Source: Chitinophagales bacterium
GTDB taxonomy: Bacteria; Bacteroidota; Bacteroidia; Chitinophagales; LD1
Length of the DNA: 64,000 nucleotides
NCBI GenBank assembly: GCA_016786765.1
Contig: JAEUUZ010000051.1
Location: 163,453-227,452 of the forward strand
Direction of reading: 5' to 3'
Positions within the stretch are counted from its first letter, which is position 1. Each line of letters opens with the position of its first letter. Under the pieces are notes generated by a model. The model saw only the letters and a list, made by a program, of their open reading frames with translations, did no database searches and was not told the DNA's origin. Both the position numbers and the translations under genes were made by a program. Below, piece after piece: positions 1-10,033 of the stretch.

Positions 1-2905
1 CAACATTTTCAGCTTTAAACGTTCCTGTATTTTGGAAACGGATGGTGTAATTCAACACTGAATCACTACGCTGAATTATGCCGTTCACGCCTAAGCCTTT
101 TGGTGCTACTGCTTTATCGTTCGGGTCAAAAGAACCCACTACTTCTGTAGTTCGTGTTTCCACATTATTCAACGGTGTTGGATCATTCGCTATCAATTTA
201 ATATTACCCACTTTTCCTGTGCATGTTACTAACGTCCCTAACGGTGTGGTAGTAGGTATTGAAAAATAAAGTTTGATGTTATTGATAGAGCCATGTCCTG
301 CACTGTATATACTGAAGCCAACTTTATGCCCAACTGCATCTACAAATAATGGAGTTGCCGTTGCACTACTAAATACCATGTTGGCATCATAATCGAAAAT
401 AACTGAATCCGATACCGTTCGTATTCCATCATTAAACGCATATAAATCAATTTCAGAAGTAAATCCAGGACGTGGAGGAGTTAAATAATTCCAACTAATA
501 CGCATATCCAAGGTATCAATCGCGTGGTCGTAGAAATTGTTGCAGTATTGCGAATCGGGAACCGATGCATTAATCACAGGATTTGGATTCGGGCAAATCT
601 GATTAAAATAAGAAGGAATAATTTGTTGTAACGTGAAATTGCCAACCGGCTGTAGGTTGGAGAAATGTCCGGTAGCATCAGTATAGGTATACCCCCCCGG
701 TAAGGTTTGTACCATTACATTTGGAATACCATTCTCTCCGGTTTCCCACACACAGTTTGCATTTTTATCTTCGATAACATAACCACATAAATCAACAGCA
801 CAGTTAGTATTGTTGTACCCAATATTTGTCCAATTATGACCGCTACAGCCATTAGCATCCGTTACATATACCCCATATTGCCAAGTTGGAGCCAATCCGG
901 TTGATGTAGCCGAAGTTTGTCCGTTTTGCCAATGAAAAAGGTATGGGGCTGCTCCTCCGGTAACCGTTGCTGTTGCGGTTCCATTGTTATCAAAAATACA
1001 AGTAGCATTGGTGTGCGCCATATTTACATGTAAAGGTGAATAGCTCACAACATGCGCTGTCTTCACTACAGAACACGTATTCGCATCTTGAACCGTAACA
1101 CTATAATAACCTTCTCCTAGTCCACTCACAGATGTTCCAAAAGCACCTGTACTCCACTGATATGTAATTGGAGCAATCCCACCTGAAACCGTCACACTCG
1201 CGGTACCATTGGTATTCGGACAAATAACATGGGTATTCGTAACATTTACAGTTAATGTACTATTATAAGGTAATGAAGTATAATAAGACCCTACACAACC
1301 ATTTGCATCGGTTATCTGACAATTATAACTTCCAACGCCTAACCCTGTAACAGTAGCTGTAAACTGCGGAGGAACAGTACTCCATAGATAGGCGTAAGGT
1401 GGGGTACCTCCTGTTGGTGCAACGGAAACTGAACCATTCAGATTACTACATGTTGGTGCAGTATAAGTACCATGTGGTGCAATGGGCGAAGTGTTTGAAA
1501 TATAGAAAGACTGCACTTTTTCACAACCTGCAGCATCATGAATGGTAACCACATAGCTTCCAACCGAAAGTGCGGTAATTTGTGCAGTAGTTTGGCCCGT
1601 ACTCCATGCATAGGTATATGGGCCCGTACCTAAGCTAGGCGTCACTTTTGCTGAACCTGCACCATTGCTGCACGACTCATTCACTTGGGTTGGGTTTGCC
1701 GAAATTGGTGAATTATTATTCACATAACCTGAATTCTGAGCAGTGCAACCACTGGCATCCGTAACCGTTAAATTATAGGAGCCTTGATGTAAACCCGTAA
1801 TAGACTGAGTTGTTGCTCCTGTACTCCAATGGAAGGCATAAGGACTAGTTCCGCTATTAGCTACAGCGGTTAGACTTCCAACTCCATTTCCGCATTGCTC
1901 AGGAATTGTTGAAATACTTATTACTATTGGACTTGTATTGTTAACATAGCCGTAGCCACTTGCCGAGCAGCCATTAGCTGCAGTAACCGTAACATAATAA
2001 GCTCCTTGGTGTAAACCGGATATATTTTGAGTAGTTTGTCCGGTATTCCAATGGTAAGTATATGGCGGAGTTCCTGTACCACTTAATGTCGTATTTAATG
2101 TGCCTGTGCCATTTCCACAAACTTCATTCGTACCTGTACAATAAGGATAAAAAGAACTTTGCTGTGCAATTGAATCTTTTCTATTCCAAGGCATTTGTGT
2201 AGCACGGCATCCATTTGCATCTGTAATCGTTACTTGGTAATGAGCCCCAAGTGTTGCAGTAATAGAAGATGTAGTAGCTCCCGTAGACCAATTATAGGTA
2301 TATGGCGCTACCCCTCCGTATACCGATGAGTATAGCGTTGCAGTAGTAGCAGGACAAATAGCTCCGGAATCAAAAAGTTGATAGCCAAACATAGGTGTAA
2401 ACTGAGAAGAAGAATCCGGTCTACCGGTGCAACCATTAGCGTCAGTAACCGTTACATTTAAACTGTACACATCTTCGCTGGTTAATCCGGTGAGATGGGG
2501 ATTAGTATTTCCATTGCTCCAAAGATAAGTGTATGGAGCTGCTCCTCCTGTCGGATTTGCAGTTAACTCGCCATTATTCCCGGGAGGACAAACCTCATTC
2601 ACCATGGTTTTTGACACTTGCACAACAGATTGAATAGTTACACAAGATGTAGTAGACACCCCAGCATTATCCATCACAGTAACACAATACCATCCGGTGG
2701 ACAATCCTGATATTGTAGGTGTTGTTGAGCCATTGCTCCACGCATAAGCATATGGAGCAACACCGCCTGACGCTGAGGCTGTTGCAGTACCATTGTTGGA
2801 ACATGAATTAGTAGTAGATGTACTTACTGTGAGACTTGCCTTACTTTGCACAAAGCAGATCACCATCAATACGAGCAAAATGAATCGGGAGTTAAAAAAT
2901 TGCAT
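1..2905 (-). CDS. Large secreted cell-surface adhesin with SprB-type repeats. It is partial because the 3' end runs off the left window edge.
   Basis: It is absent from the ORF track because it is open at the window edge. The ATG at 2905-2903 gives MQFFNSRFILLVLMVICFVQSKA, a signal peptide. Tandem ~75-80 aa modules follow with the SprB-repeat signature, e.g. GGVAPYAYAWSNGSTTPTISGLSTGWYCVTVMDNAGV and GGAAPYTYLWSNGNTNPHLTGLTSEDVYSLNVTVTDANGC. My hand translation of nt 61-2 (SVLNYTIRFQNTGTFKAENV) is still open in the same frame. I did not check every codon in between. Confidence 0.8.
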   Translation of the reverse strand, partial: MQFFNSRFILLVLMVICFVQSKASLTVSTSTTNSCSNNGTATASASGGVAPYAYAWSNGSTTPTISGLSTGWYCVTVMDNAGVSTTSCVTIQSVVQVSKTMVNEVCPPGNNGELTANPTGGAAPYTYLWSNGNTNPHLTGLTSEDVYSLNVTVTDANGCTGRPDSSSQFTPMFGYQLFDSGAICPATTATLYSSVYGGVAPYTYNWSTGATTSSITATLGAHYQVTITDANGCRATQMPWNRKDSIAQQSSFYPYCTGTNEVCGNGTGTLNTTLSGTGTPPYTYHWNTGQTTQNISGLHQGAYYVTVTAANGCSASGYGYVNNTSPIVISISTIPEQCGNGVGSLTAVANSGTSPYAFHWSTGATTQSITGLHQGSYNLTVTDASGCTAQNSGYVNNNSPISANPTQVNESCSNGAGSAKVTPSLGTGPYTYAWSTGQTTAQITALSVGSYVVTIHDAAGCEKVQSFYISNTSPIAPHGTYTAPTCSNLNGSVSVAPTGGTPPYAYLWSTVPPQFTATVTGLGVGSYNCQITDANGCVGSYYTSLPYNSTLTVNVTNTHVICPNTNGTASVTVSGGIAPITYQWSTGAFGTSVSGLGEGYYSVTVQDANTCSVVKTAHVVSYSPLHVNMAHTNATCIFDNNGTATATVTGGAAPYLFHWQNGQTSATSTGLAPTWQYGVYVTDANGCSGHNWTNIGYNNTNCAVDLCGYVIEDKNANCVWETGENGIPNVMVQTLPGGYTYTDATGHFSNLQPVGNFTLQQIIPSYFNQICPNPNPVINASVPDSQYCNNFYDHAIDTLDMRISWNYLTPPRPGFTSEIDLYAFNDGIRTVSDSVIFDYDANMVFSSATATPLFVDAVGHKVGFSIYSAGHGSINNIKLYFSIPTTTPLGTLVTCTGKVGNIKLIANDPTPLNNVETRTTEVVGSFDPNDKAVAPKGLGVNGIIQRSDSVLNYTIRFQNTGTFKAENV

Positions 2906-3042
2906 AACTATTGGTTTTGTTTATGATAAGGAGAGTTAACTACTTGCAGAATGGTTGCAAACTTATGTTAATATAAAAAAATACACAACATTAAACGATA
3001 GGGCATTCGTTTAATGTTATGCACTAGGATGATACATGAGAA

Positions 3043-4011
3043 CTATAAACTGTTGATAGCGTTTTGAATATCGCTTAGTGAAGCAGGTGCCGGAGTAGAT
3101 GTTACGGATAAGCCGGAAGTAACAGAAGGCACATTAACAATCTCGTAATAATTTTGCGTGCCAATGGTAGAGACTACTACAATTTTAACTGCCAGGCCAA
3201 TGGGAACAGCATAACTCCCTCCTAAATTAAAGGTATGGGTACCCGAGTTATATTGGTACATACGCGCAACTGAATTAATTGTTGGGAAATACATAAATAC
3301 TGCTGTATTAGAATCTACATGCTGTGCCGGAACCACTACTTGAACATCGGTAAGCGGTTGTCCACTACCATAGAAATAATCGCAATTGATATAGGTGAAA
3401 CTATCTAAATGGAAATTATAGCTCAGTCCGAATGAATCTTGACGAACAACAACAGGAGTAGTAGCTGAATCTACCGGACTCCAAACTATTGTAGAATCGC
3501 CAACTAAACTATCGCTTGCCACACGTGAACCAATAAAGGTTAACATAGGCTGTGTGTTTAATGCCGGTAATGACACTTGTGGTTTGCTGGCAGGGTTAAT
3601 CAAAAGCTCCTCTCCGTTTTGGTAAGCTTTAACCCAAAACTGCCCACCGGAAATCAACAACTTGCCATTAGAAACAGTTGGGGCATTACCTAAAATCATT
3701 TTCGGTCCGGTTAACATTTCCTGCAATACTACTTGTACTGTTCCCGAGGATAGAATAGAGCCATCTTTCTTTTTAAAACTGTTCGGAAGGAAAAGAATGT
3801 TCGTTCCATTTGCGCCATTTACATATTGATACTGTCCGGCACTAATCGAAAATTGCTGCTTATCGGGATCAACCGATTTAAAAAATGCATTTAGTGCAAA
3901 TTCTTTTTTTCCTGAAGTAGTGTTGTTTTGTGAATCCTTTTTGCATGAACTTAAGCATACTACCAATAAAGTAAAAGTAGCCATACATGCCATTTTGAAT
4001 GTTCTGTCCAT
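3043..4011 (-). CDS. Hypothetical lipoprotein
   Basis: The track ORF is 3043-4044. I prefer the ATG at 4011, which gives MDRTFKMACMATFTLLVVCLSSCKKDS with a hydrophobic core and an LSSC lipobox. I recognise no family in the rest. It lies directly upstream of, and co-oriented with, the adhesin at 1-2905. Confidence 0.55.
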   Translation of the reverse strand: MDRTFKMACMATFTLLVVCLSSCKKDSQNNTTSGKKEFALNAFFKSVDPDKQQFSISAGQYQYVNGANGTNILFLPNSFKKKDGSILSSGTVQVVLQEMLTGPKMILGNAPTVSNGKLLISGGQFWVKAYQNGEELLINPASKPQVSLPALNTQPMLTFIGSRVASDSLVGDSTIVWSPVDSATTPVVVRQDSFGLSYNFHLDSFTYINCDYFYGSGQPLTDVQVVVPAQHVDSNTAVFMYFPTINSVARMYQYNSGTHTFNLGGSYAVPIGLAVKIVVVSTIGTQNYYEIVNVPSVTSGLSVTSTPAPASLSDIQNAINSL

Positions 4012-4167
4012 AATTGAAGTTTTAATCGTGATTGAATACAACAAAGAGAGTAAAAGAAAAGAAGCAAATGGATTGTGTTTTAATTTTTCTTACGCTTTCA
4101 AAATAGAAAAACCATGATAAAACAGTTTAAAATGAGAACAAAATCGTATAAATTAAGACGTACTCAA

Positions 4168-4199
4168 AACAAAAAAGGCGCTCCATATTGGAACGCCTA
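4168..4199 (-). terminator. Rho-independent terminator downstream of clpC
   Basis: On the minus strand the stem is AGGCGTTCC / GGAGCGCCT with one mismatch, followed by TTTTTTGTTTTG. It lies ~30 nt after the clpC stop. Confidence 0.6.
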
Positions 4200-4229
4200 C
4201 TATTGTTTTTTATAGTTTAATACTAATTC

Positions 4230-6764
4230 TTATTCAGTACTTGTTACTGTTTGCGCAGGGTGATGAATGGTTTTCAATTTATCATTTTCTATATCCACAT
4301 CCAATTCAAACATATCGCCAGGTTTTGCATTAGCGCGTAAGATTTCTTCGGCTAATGGGTCTTCTACATACTTCTGAATGGCTCGGTGCAGCGGCCTAGC
4401 GCCAAATGCAGGATCATAGCCTTTATCAGAAAGGAATGATTTAGCAGCATCCGTTAAGCGAATATCATAGCCGATGGTTTGCAAACGTTTCAATAAGCTT
4501 GCCATTGCAATGTCAATGATTCTGAAAATAGAGTCTTTGTCCAACGAATTGAAAATGACAATATCATCAATACGGTTCAAGAACTCCGGTGAAAACGTGC
4601 GTTTCAATGCTTTTGAAATCACATTTTTACTCATCTCGTCATTGTTATCCGTTTTTGCTTTGGTTGCAAAACCAACACCTGTACCAAAATCTTTCAAATC
4701 GCGAGCTCCGATGTTTGACGTCATGATAATCAATGAATTTTTGAAATCCACTTTTCTACCCAAACTATCGGTCAAAATACCATCGTCAAATACTTGCAAC
4801 AAAATATTGAATACATCCGGATGCGCTTTTTCAATCTCATCTAAAAGCACCACTGAATATGGCTTTCTGCGTACTTTCTCCGTTAACTGCCCGCCTTCTT
4901 CGTAGCCTACATAACCCGGAGGCGCACCAACGAGGCGCGACACAGAGAATTTCTCCATGTATTCACTCATATCGATGCGCACTAAAGCCTCTTCACTATC
5001 AAATAAATATTTTGAAATGGCTTTCGCTAATTCCGTTTTTCCAACTCCTGTAGGTCCCAAGAAAATAAAGGTTCCTATAGGTTTCTTCGGATCTTTTAAA
5101 CCCACACGATTACGCTGTATGGCTTTCACCACTTTCGCAATAGCTTCGTCTTGCCCGATAACAGCACCTTTCAGCTCCGTACCCATTGAAAGTAATTTCA
5201 CGCCTTCGGTCTGCGCTACTTTACTAACAGGAATTCCCGTCATCATAGCCACTACTTCAGCAATATCTTCTTCACCTACAGGATAGCGTGCGTTTTTCGC
5301 ATCTTCTTCCCATTGATTTTTTGCAGTATCTAATTGCTCTAACAAGTTCTTTTCGCGATCACGCAACTGAGCCGCTTCTTCGTACTTCTGCGACTTTACC
5401 ACCTGATTTTTTTCTACTTTGATGTCCTCGATTTGTTTTTCGAGTTCAACAATATTTTTGGGCACGTGAATGTTTTTTAAATGCACACGTGCACCAACTT
5501 CATCCAACACGTCAATCGCTTTATCGGGCAAGAAACGATCGGTGATATAGCGTGTACTTAATTTCACACAAGCGTCCACTGCATCTTTCGAATATTCTAC
5601 ATTGTGGTACTCTTCGTATTTGCCTTTGATATTCGTTAAGATTTCGATCGTTTCTTCAGGAGATGGCGGATCGATAATTACCTTTTGGAAACGTCTGTCT
5701 AACGCTCCGTCTTTTTCAATATTCTGACGGTACTCATCTAACGTAGACGCTCCAATACATTGCAGTTCACCTCGAGCTAATGCCGGTTTGAAAATGTTAG
5801 ATGCATCCAACGAACCTGTTGCCCCTCCTGCACCCACAATAGTGTGAATTTCATCGATAAACAAAATGACATCCTTATTCTTTTCCAATTCCGTCATGAT
5901 GGCTTTCATACGCTCTTCAAACTGTCCGCGGTATTTCGTTCCGGCCACTAGAGCCGCTAAATCCAACATTACAATACGTTTGTTGAACAATACGCGCGAT
6001 ACCCGTTTTTGTATGATACGAAGCGCCAAGCCTTCTACCACAGCTGTTTTACCCACTCCGGGTTCTCCAATCAAAATCGGATTATTCTTTTTCCTTCGTG
6101 AAAGAATTTGTGAAACTCTTTCTATTTCTGCCTCACGGCCTACAATTGGATCAAGCGTTCCTTCTTCAGCTGCGGCAGTAACATCTCGACCAAAATTATC
6201 CAACACCGGAGTTTTCGATTTTGAAGCTGCTCCTTTTTTGGCGCCTGCATTACCGAAAGAGCCTTTGTTGCGCTCATCTTCATATGAATCATCATCCGAT
6301 TCGTTGGGTAATTCCGCTTTGATTTGGTTTTGCACAATGTCTAACTCTGCTTTAAACACATCGTAATCTACATCGTGTTGCGCTAATAATTGCGAAACAA
6401 TATTGTCTTTACTCTTTAAAATTGACAACATTAAATGTTCCGTTCCAATCACATCAGAACGCATCACCTTTGCCTCTAAGACGGTAATCTTTAATACCTT
6501 TTCAGCTTGTTTCGTTAAAGGCAAAGAGTTCGGATTGTAAACCGTTTTAGACGATTTTTCTTTAATCGAATCTTCAATTTGCTTTCTAAACAGAATTAAA
6601 TCGATTTGTAATGAGCGCATTGTTTTCACGGCTAACCCTTCGCCTTCGCGAATGAGCCCCAACAACAAGTGTTCGATGCCAATATAATCGTGTCCCAATC
6701 GCAAAGCTTCTTCGCGACTGTAGGAAATCACTTCCTTTACTTTTGGTGAAAATTTTGCCTCCAT
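4230..6764 (-). CDS. clpC: ATP-dependent Clp protease ATP-binding subunit ClpC (class I AAA+ chaperone)
   Basis: The protein is 844 aa. It has a duplicated Clp_N motif at the N-terminus, two AAA+ modules with Walker A GEPGVGKT and GPTGVGKT, and a UVR-like linker ([19 protein letters not shown]) between them. Confidence 0.92.
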   Translation of the reverse strand: MEAKFSPKVKEVISYSREEALRLGHDYIGIEHLLLGLIREGEGLAVKTMRSLQIDLILFRKQIEDSIKEKSSKTVYNPNSLPLTKQAEKVLKITVLEAKVMRSDVIGTEHLMLSILKSKDNIVSQLLAQHDVDYDVFKAELDIVQNQIKAELPNESDDDSYEDERNKGSFGNAGAKKGAASKSKTPVLDNFGRDVTAAAEEGTLDPIVGREAEIERVSQILSRRKKNNPILIGEPGVGKTAVVEGLALRIIQKRVSRVLFNKRIVMLDLAALVAGTKYRGQFEERMKAIMTELEKNKDVILFIDEIHTIVGAGGATGSLDASNIFKPALARGELQCIGASTLDEYRQNIEKDGALDRRFQKVIIDPPSPEETIEILTNIKGKYEEYHNVEYSKDAVDACVKLSTRYITDRFLPDKAIDVLDEVGARVHLKNIHVPKNIVELEKQIEDIKVEKNQVVKSQKYEEAAQLRDREKNLLEQLDTAKNQWEEDAKNARYPVGEEDIAEVVAMMTGIPVSKVAQTEGVKLLSMGTELKGAVIGQDEAIAKVVKAIQRNRVGLKDPKKPIGTFIFLGPTGVGKTELAKAISKYLFDSEEALVRIDMSEYMEKFSVSRLVGAPPGYVGYEEGGQLTEKVRRKPYSVVLLDEIEKAHPDVFNILLQVFDDGILTDSLGRKVDFKNSLIIMTSNIGARDLKDFGTGVGFATKAKTDNNDEMSKNVISKALKRTFSPEFLNRIDDIVIFNSLDKDSIFRIIDIAMASLLKRLQTIGYDIRLTDAAKSFLSDKGYDPAFGARPLHRAIQKYVEDPLAEEILRANAKPGDMFELDVDIENDKLKTIHHPAQTVTSTE

Positions 6765-6789
6765 ATTACTTTCAAATCAATTATTAAAC

Positions 6790-6797
6790 CAAAGCTA
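6790..6797 (-). promoter_or_regulatory. Candidate Bacteroidota -7 promoter box (TAGCTTTG) for clpC
   Basis: The plus-strand CAAAGCTA reads TAGCTTTG on the minus strand and matches TAnnTTTG. It lies 25 nt upstream of the clpC ATG. I found no well-spaced -33 TTTG. Confidence 0.3.
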
Positions 6798-6916
6798 CTA
6801 ATCCGCCAAAATGGCGTTTAACAGCTTAGTTATCGGTAAAATAGCATAAACTCTGTCAATCTTGCAAATAAAATATTACACGTGCATTTAAATCTGTATA
6901 TTTTATTGACCTATCT

Positions 6917-6948
6917 ATTGACACTTCTAAGATTATATATTAGCTTTG
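6917..6948 (+). promoter_or_regulatory. Candidate promoter for the STAS gene (ATTGACA, 20-nt spacing, TAGCTTTG)
   Basis: TTG at 6918-6920 and TAGCTTTG at 6941-6948 are separated by 20 nt, which fits the Bacteroidota -33/-7 architecture. The ATG at 6964 follows 15 nt later. Confidence 0.45.
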
Positions 6949-6963
6949 AGAAAATTCGTTATA

Positions 6964-7332
6964 ATGAAATTCTCTTTAGATAAGCGTGAGCGGTTTTGCA
7001 TTTTTCAAATAGATGACGACAAGTTATTGAGCAACCACGCACCTGAACTAAAATCTGAATTGTTGAACCTGGCAAAAGATGAATACAAAAACATCATTTT
7101 AGACTTGTCGCATGTTCAATTTGTTGATTCATCGGGCTTAAGCGCATTACTTGTAGGTAATCGATTGGCTAAAGAAAACGATGGCACTTTTGTATTGACC
7201 AATTTGAGTCCCCATATCCAAAAATTGGTAAAGATTTCTCAGTTAGAGTCTATCCTTACCATTATTCCAACACTATCAGAAGCAATTGATTATGTGATGA
7301 TGGAAGAGTTGGATAGAGATTTACGTAGCTAA
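6964..7332 (+). CDS. STAS-domain anti-sigma-factor antagonist (SpoIIAA-like)
   Basis: The motif LDLSHVQFVDSSGLSALLVGNRL is typical of STAS antagonists. The track ORF begins at a TTG (6946) that sits inside the predicted -7 box, so I use the ATG at 6964 (MKFSLDKRE). Confidence 0.75.
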   Translation: MKFSLDKRERFCIFQIDDDKLLSNHAPELKSELLNLAKDEYKNIILDLSHVQFVDSSGLSALLVGNRLAKENDGTFVLTNLSPHIQKLVKISQLESILTIIPTLSEAIDYVMMEELDRDLRS

Positions 7333-7337
7333 TTTGC

Positions 7338-8249
7338 ATGCAGTTTGAAGTTACGATATTGGGATGTAGCGGTGCGATTCCGGCATACGACCGACATCCA
7401 ACAAGTCATTTCCTAAACTACAACGGGCATGGCTTTCTCATCGATTGTGGCGAAGGCACACAAATGCAAATGGCGAAGCATAATATTCGCAGGGCTAAAC
7501 TCGATCACGTATTCATTTCGCATTTGCATGGCGACCATTTTTTTGGTTTAATGGGACTGATTAGTTCCTTCAATTTGAATTATCGTGAAGCGCCTTTGCA
7601 TATATATGGCAACGAAGGTATTGAAGAAATTGTTCGTGCCCATTTCAAACATGCACAAACGGTATTGCGCTATCCTATTGAGTTTCACGTGGTGCATCCC
7701 GATAAAGCGGCTATTATATTCGAGAATTCATTTCTTACTGTAGAATCCATTCCGTTGGCACATCGCATACCTACTACAGGCTTTTTGTTCCGAGAAAAGG
7801 AAGGTTTACGAAAAATACTTCCTGAAAAAATTCAACAATACCAAATTCCGGTTGGCGAGATAGCGAAGATTAAAGGAGGAGAGGATTTTATTGATGGTAA
7901 TGGCAATCGAATTTTGAATACTGAATTAACATTGCCACCGAGCAAACCCAAAAGCTATGCCTTTTGCAGCGATACTTGCTATCACGAACCCATTTTGGAT
8001 CAAATAAAAGATGTAACTGTATTATACCATGAAGCTACTTTCGCAACAGAACATGCTTTTCGAGCGAAAGAAACGTTCCACTCTACAACTATAGAGGCCG
8101 CTACCATTGCACAAAAGGCGAATGTAGGCACTTTAATTATAGGACATTACTCTGCGCGCTATGACAACTTGGAAATACTCAAAGAAGAATGCCAAACGGT
8201 ATTCCCAAACACCTTGTTAGCAATAGAAGGCACAGTTTATCCAATTTAA
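7338..8249 (+). CDS. rnz: Ribonuclease Z (tRNA 3' processing, metallo-beta-lactamase fold)
   Basis: The protein is 303 aa with an HLHGDH zinc motif. The N-terminus ILGCSGAIPA...FLIDCGEGTQ is characteristic of short-form RNase Z. Confidence 0.88.
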   Translation: MQFEVTILGCSGAIPAYDRHPTSHFLNYNGHGFLIDCGEGTQMQMAKHNIRRAKLDHVFISHLHGDHFFGLMGLISSFNLNYREAPLHIYGNEGIEEIVRAHFKHAQTVLRYPIEFHVVHPDKAAIIFENSFLTVESIPLAHRIPTTGFLFREKEGLRKILPEKIQQYQIPVGEIAKIKGGEDFIDGNGNRILNTELTLPPSKPKSYAFCSDTCYHEPILDQIKDVTVLYHEATFATEHAFRAKETFHSTTIEAATIAQKANVGTLIIGHYSARYDNLEILKEECQTVFPNTLLAIEGTVYPI

Positions 8250-8350
8250 AAAGACCTTAAAAAAAACATTTTCCACAGTTGTCGGTTCTATGGGGTGGAA
8301 CTAATTTTTATCATTCTTTGAAACTGCAAAACTCTTCTATATTCGCACAT

Positions 8351-9589
8351 ATGCATTTCGATAATACAGGATTACTGTTGTTTCAGTTGCTCGTTATCTT
8401 GAGCACAGTAAAATTGTTTGGCTTCTTATTTAAAGCCATAAACCAGCCGGCCGTTATTGGTGAAATTATAGCGGGCATTGTACTTGGGCCCTCGCTGGTA
8501 GGCGCATTATTCCCAACTACTTTTGGCTTTGTTTTTCCAAAAGAATCTATTGGCACGTTGCAACAGTTAAGCCAAATTGGGTTGCTCTTGTTTATGTTTA
8601 TTGTAGGTATGGAATTCGATATGGAAAAGCTGAAAGGGACAGCCAAACAGTCATTATTGGTGAGTTCGTCAAGTATTCTATTCCCCTTTATTTTAGGCTG
8701 TATTTTTGCCTACTTTATTTTTGATGAAACCCAACCGAATCATCCTTCACAATTCAGTTTTGTGTTGTTTGTAGGGATTAGTATGAGCGTAACTGCCTTT
8801 CCGGTGTTGATACGCATTTTGGGCGAACGTTCGATGTTGCAGACGCCAATGGGCATTTTTGTAACCGGAGTAGCGGCCATGGTTGATGTTATTGCGTGGG
8901 TAATGTTAGCGGCAATTACGACCATCGTGCAGGGTCATTCGCTTATCTCGTCAATATATCAAGTGCTTGCCATTATTTCGCTATTATTGTTTTCCATTTT
9001 TGCGGTGAAACCTTATTTAGAAAAACATTTTTCCGATAAGGCCATTATTCTTCCTTCTTCTTTTTCGTTGGTGATTATTTGTCTTTTGCTATTCGGATTA
9101 ATAACTACTGTAATTGGTATACACGCATTGTTTGGTGCGTTCTTGGCCGGTATTATTATGCCGGAAAAGAATAAAATAAAAGAAAAACTAACGCACAAAA
9201 TTGAAATGCTTACTACAGTATTGTTCTTACCCTTATTTTTTGTGGTTACAGGCTTACGCACCAAAATCAATTTATTGAACAGTCCGGAGTTAATTGGCTT
9301 ATTTGTTATTGTGCTTCTCCTTGCCTTTGGCGGAAAGATAATAGGCACTGCTATTCCGGCTAGAATAATCGGAAAAACATGGTATCAATCTTGGAGTATA
9401 GGTGTATTAATGAATACCCGCGGGTTAATGGAACTCATTGTCTTAAATTTGGGCTACGACCTTGGTGTATTACCGGAATCACTGTTTACGATACTTACGT
9501 TGGTGGCCATCATTTCAACAGTGCTTACTACTCCGCTGTTGGATTTGATCAACTATTGGTTCAAGACAAAGAAAGAAAGTATTGTATAA
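8351..9589 (+). CDS. Cation:proton antiporter (CPA2 / Kef-type Na+/K+:H+ exchanger)
   Basis: It is a polytopic membrane protein. The segment INQPAVIGEIIAGIVLGPS is typical of the Na_H_exchanger family. The track start at 8279 is a TTG, and the first ATG is 8351 (MHFDNTG). Confidence 0.75.
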   Translation: MHFDNTGLLLFQLLVILSTVKLFGFLFKAINQPAVIGEIIAGIVLGPSLVGALFPTTFGFVFPKESIGTLQQLSQIGLLLFMFIVGMEFDMEKLKGTAKQSLLVSSSSILFPFILGCIFAYFIFDETQPNHPSQFSFVLFVGISMSVTAFPVLIRILGERSMLQTPMGIFVTGVAAMVDVIAWVMLAAITTIVQGHSLISSIYQVLAIISLLLFSIFAVKPYLEKHFSDKAIILPSSFSLVIICLLLFGLITTVIGIHALFGAFLAGIIMPEKNKIKEKLTHKIEMLTTVLFLPLFFVVTGLRTKINLLNSPELIGLFVIVLLLAFGGKIIGTAIPARIIGKTWYQSWSIGVLMNTRGLMELIVLNLGYDLGVLPESLFTILTLVAIISTVLTTPLLDLINYWFKTKKESIV

Positions 9590-9662
9590 TTTGCCACTGG
9601 CAGCACAAAAATAAGCTGTCAGGTGTTTCCATCGGATAGCAAAAGAAATTGTATCTTGTGTT

Positions 9663-9809
9663 ATGTTCTTTCAAGCTTTAGATTTTATGAATAAAATATT
9701 TGCTGTTGCCATCTCATTCATTATTGTACTACTTCCTTTTGCAATCATTTATGGCGTAGTGCATTTTATGAAACACCGCAATAAAACGGAAGAGCCTACT
9801 GAGCTTTGA
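9663..9809 (+). CDS. Possible 48-aa single-pass membrane peptide, below the ORF-track size cut-off
   Basis: The ORF reads ATG...TGA and encodes MFFQALDFMNKIFAVAISFIIVLLPFAIIYGVVHFMKHRNKTEEPTEL. It has one hydrophobic helix and a basic/acidic tail. The terminator at 9843 follows 33 nt later. There is no homology evidence. Confidence 0.3.
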   Translation: MFFQALDFMNKIFAVAISFIIVLLPFAIIYGVVHFMKHRNKTEEPTEL

Positions 9810-9842
9810 TTATAGAACACTCTTTGGTTCCCCCCCAAAAAA

Positions 9843-9890
9843 CATAAAGCCTCACAAACTTTTTGTTTGCAAGGCTTTATGTTTTTATTT
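9843..9890. terminator. Bidirectional rho-independent terminator
   Basis: A long hairpin pairs ACATAAAGCCT with AGGCTTTATGT, and an inner CAAAC/GTTTG pair extends it. It is flanked by an A-run (9837-9842) and by TTTTTATTTT (9882-9890). It can therefore terminate both the plus-strand unit and the minus-strand tRNA. Confidence 0.7.
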
Positions 9891-9892
9891 TG

Positions 9893-9966
9893 TGGTCCCA
9901 CTTGGAATCGAACCAAGCACCTACTGATTATGAGTCAGTTGCTCTAACCGAATGAGCTATAGGACC
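9893..9966 (-). tRNA. tRNA with CAT anticodon: elongator tRNA-Met, or possibly lysidine-modified tRNA-Ile2
   Basis: The hand-folded cloverleaf is GGTCCTA-TA-GCTC-ATTCGGTTA-GAGC-A-ACTGA-CTCATAA-TCAGT-AGGTG-CTTGG-TTCGATT-CCAAG-TGGGACC-A, 74 nt in total. All four stems pair. The T-loop is TTCGATT and CCA is not encoded. Confidence 0.9.
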
Positions 9967-10033
9967 GAAACGGGTTGCGAATATAAGTTCTAAATTGGAA
10001 ATTCTAAACTCTTCTCCGTAAAACCATTGTTTT

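Noticed and set aside
4474-6366. Several 64-166 aa plus-strand ORFs inside clpC
   Set aside because: They lie entirely antisense to a highly conserved AAA+ gene. They have low-complexity, Ser/Pro/Phe-rich composition and no recognisable motifs.
9893-9966. Initiator tRNA-fMet identity for the CAT-anticodon tRNA
   Set aside because: Positions 1 and 72 form a normal G-C pair, and the anticodon stem (ACTGA/TCAGT) lacks the three consecutive G-C pairs typical of bacterial initiators.
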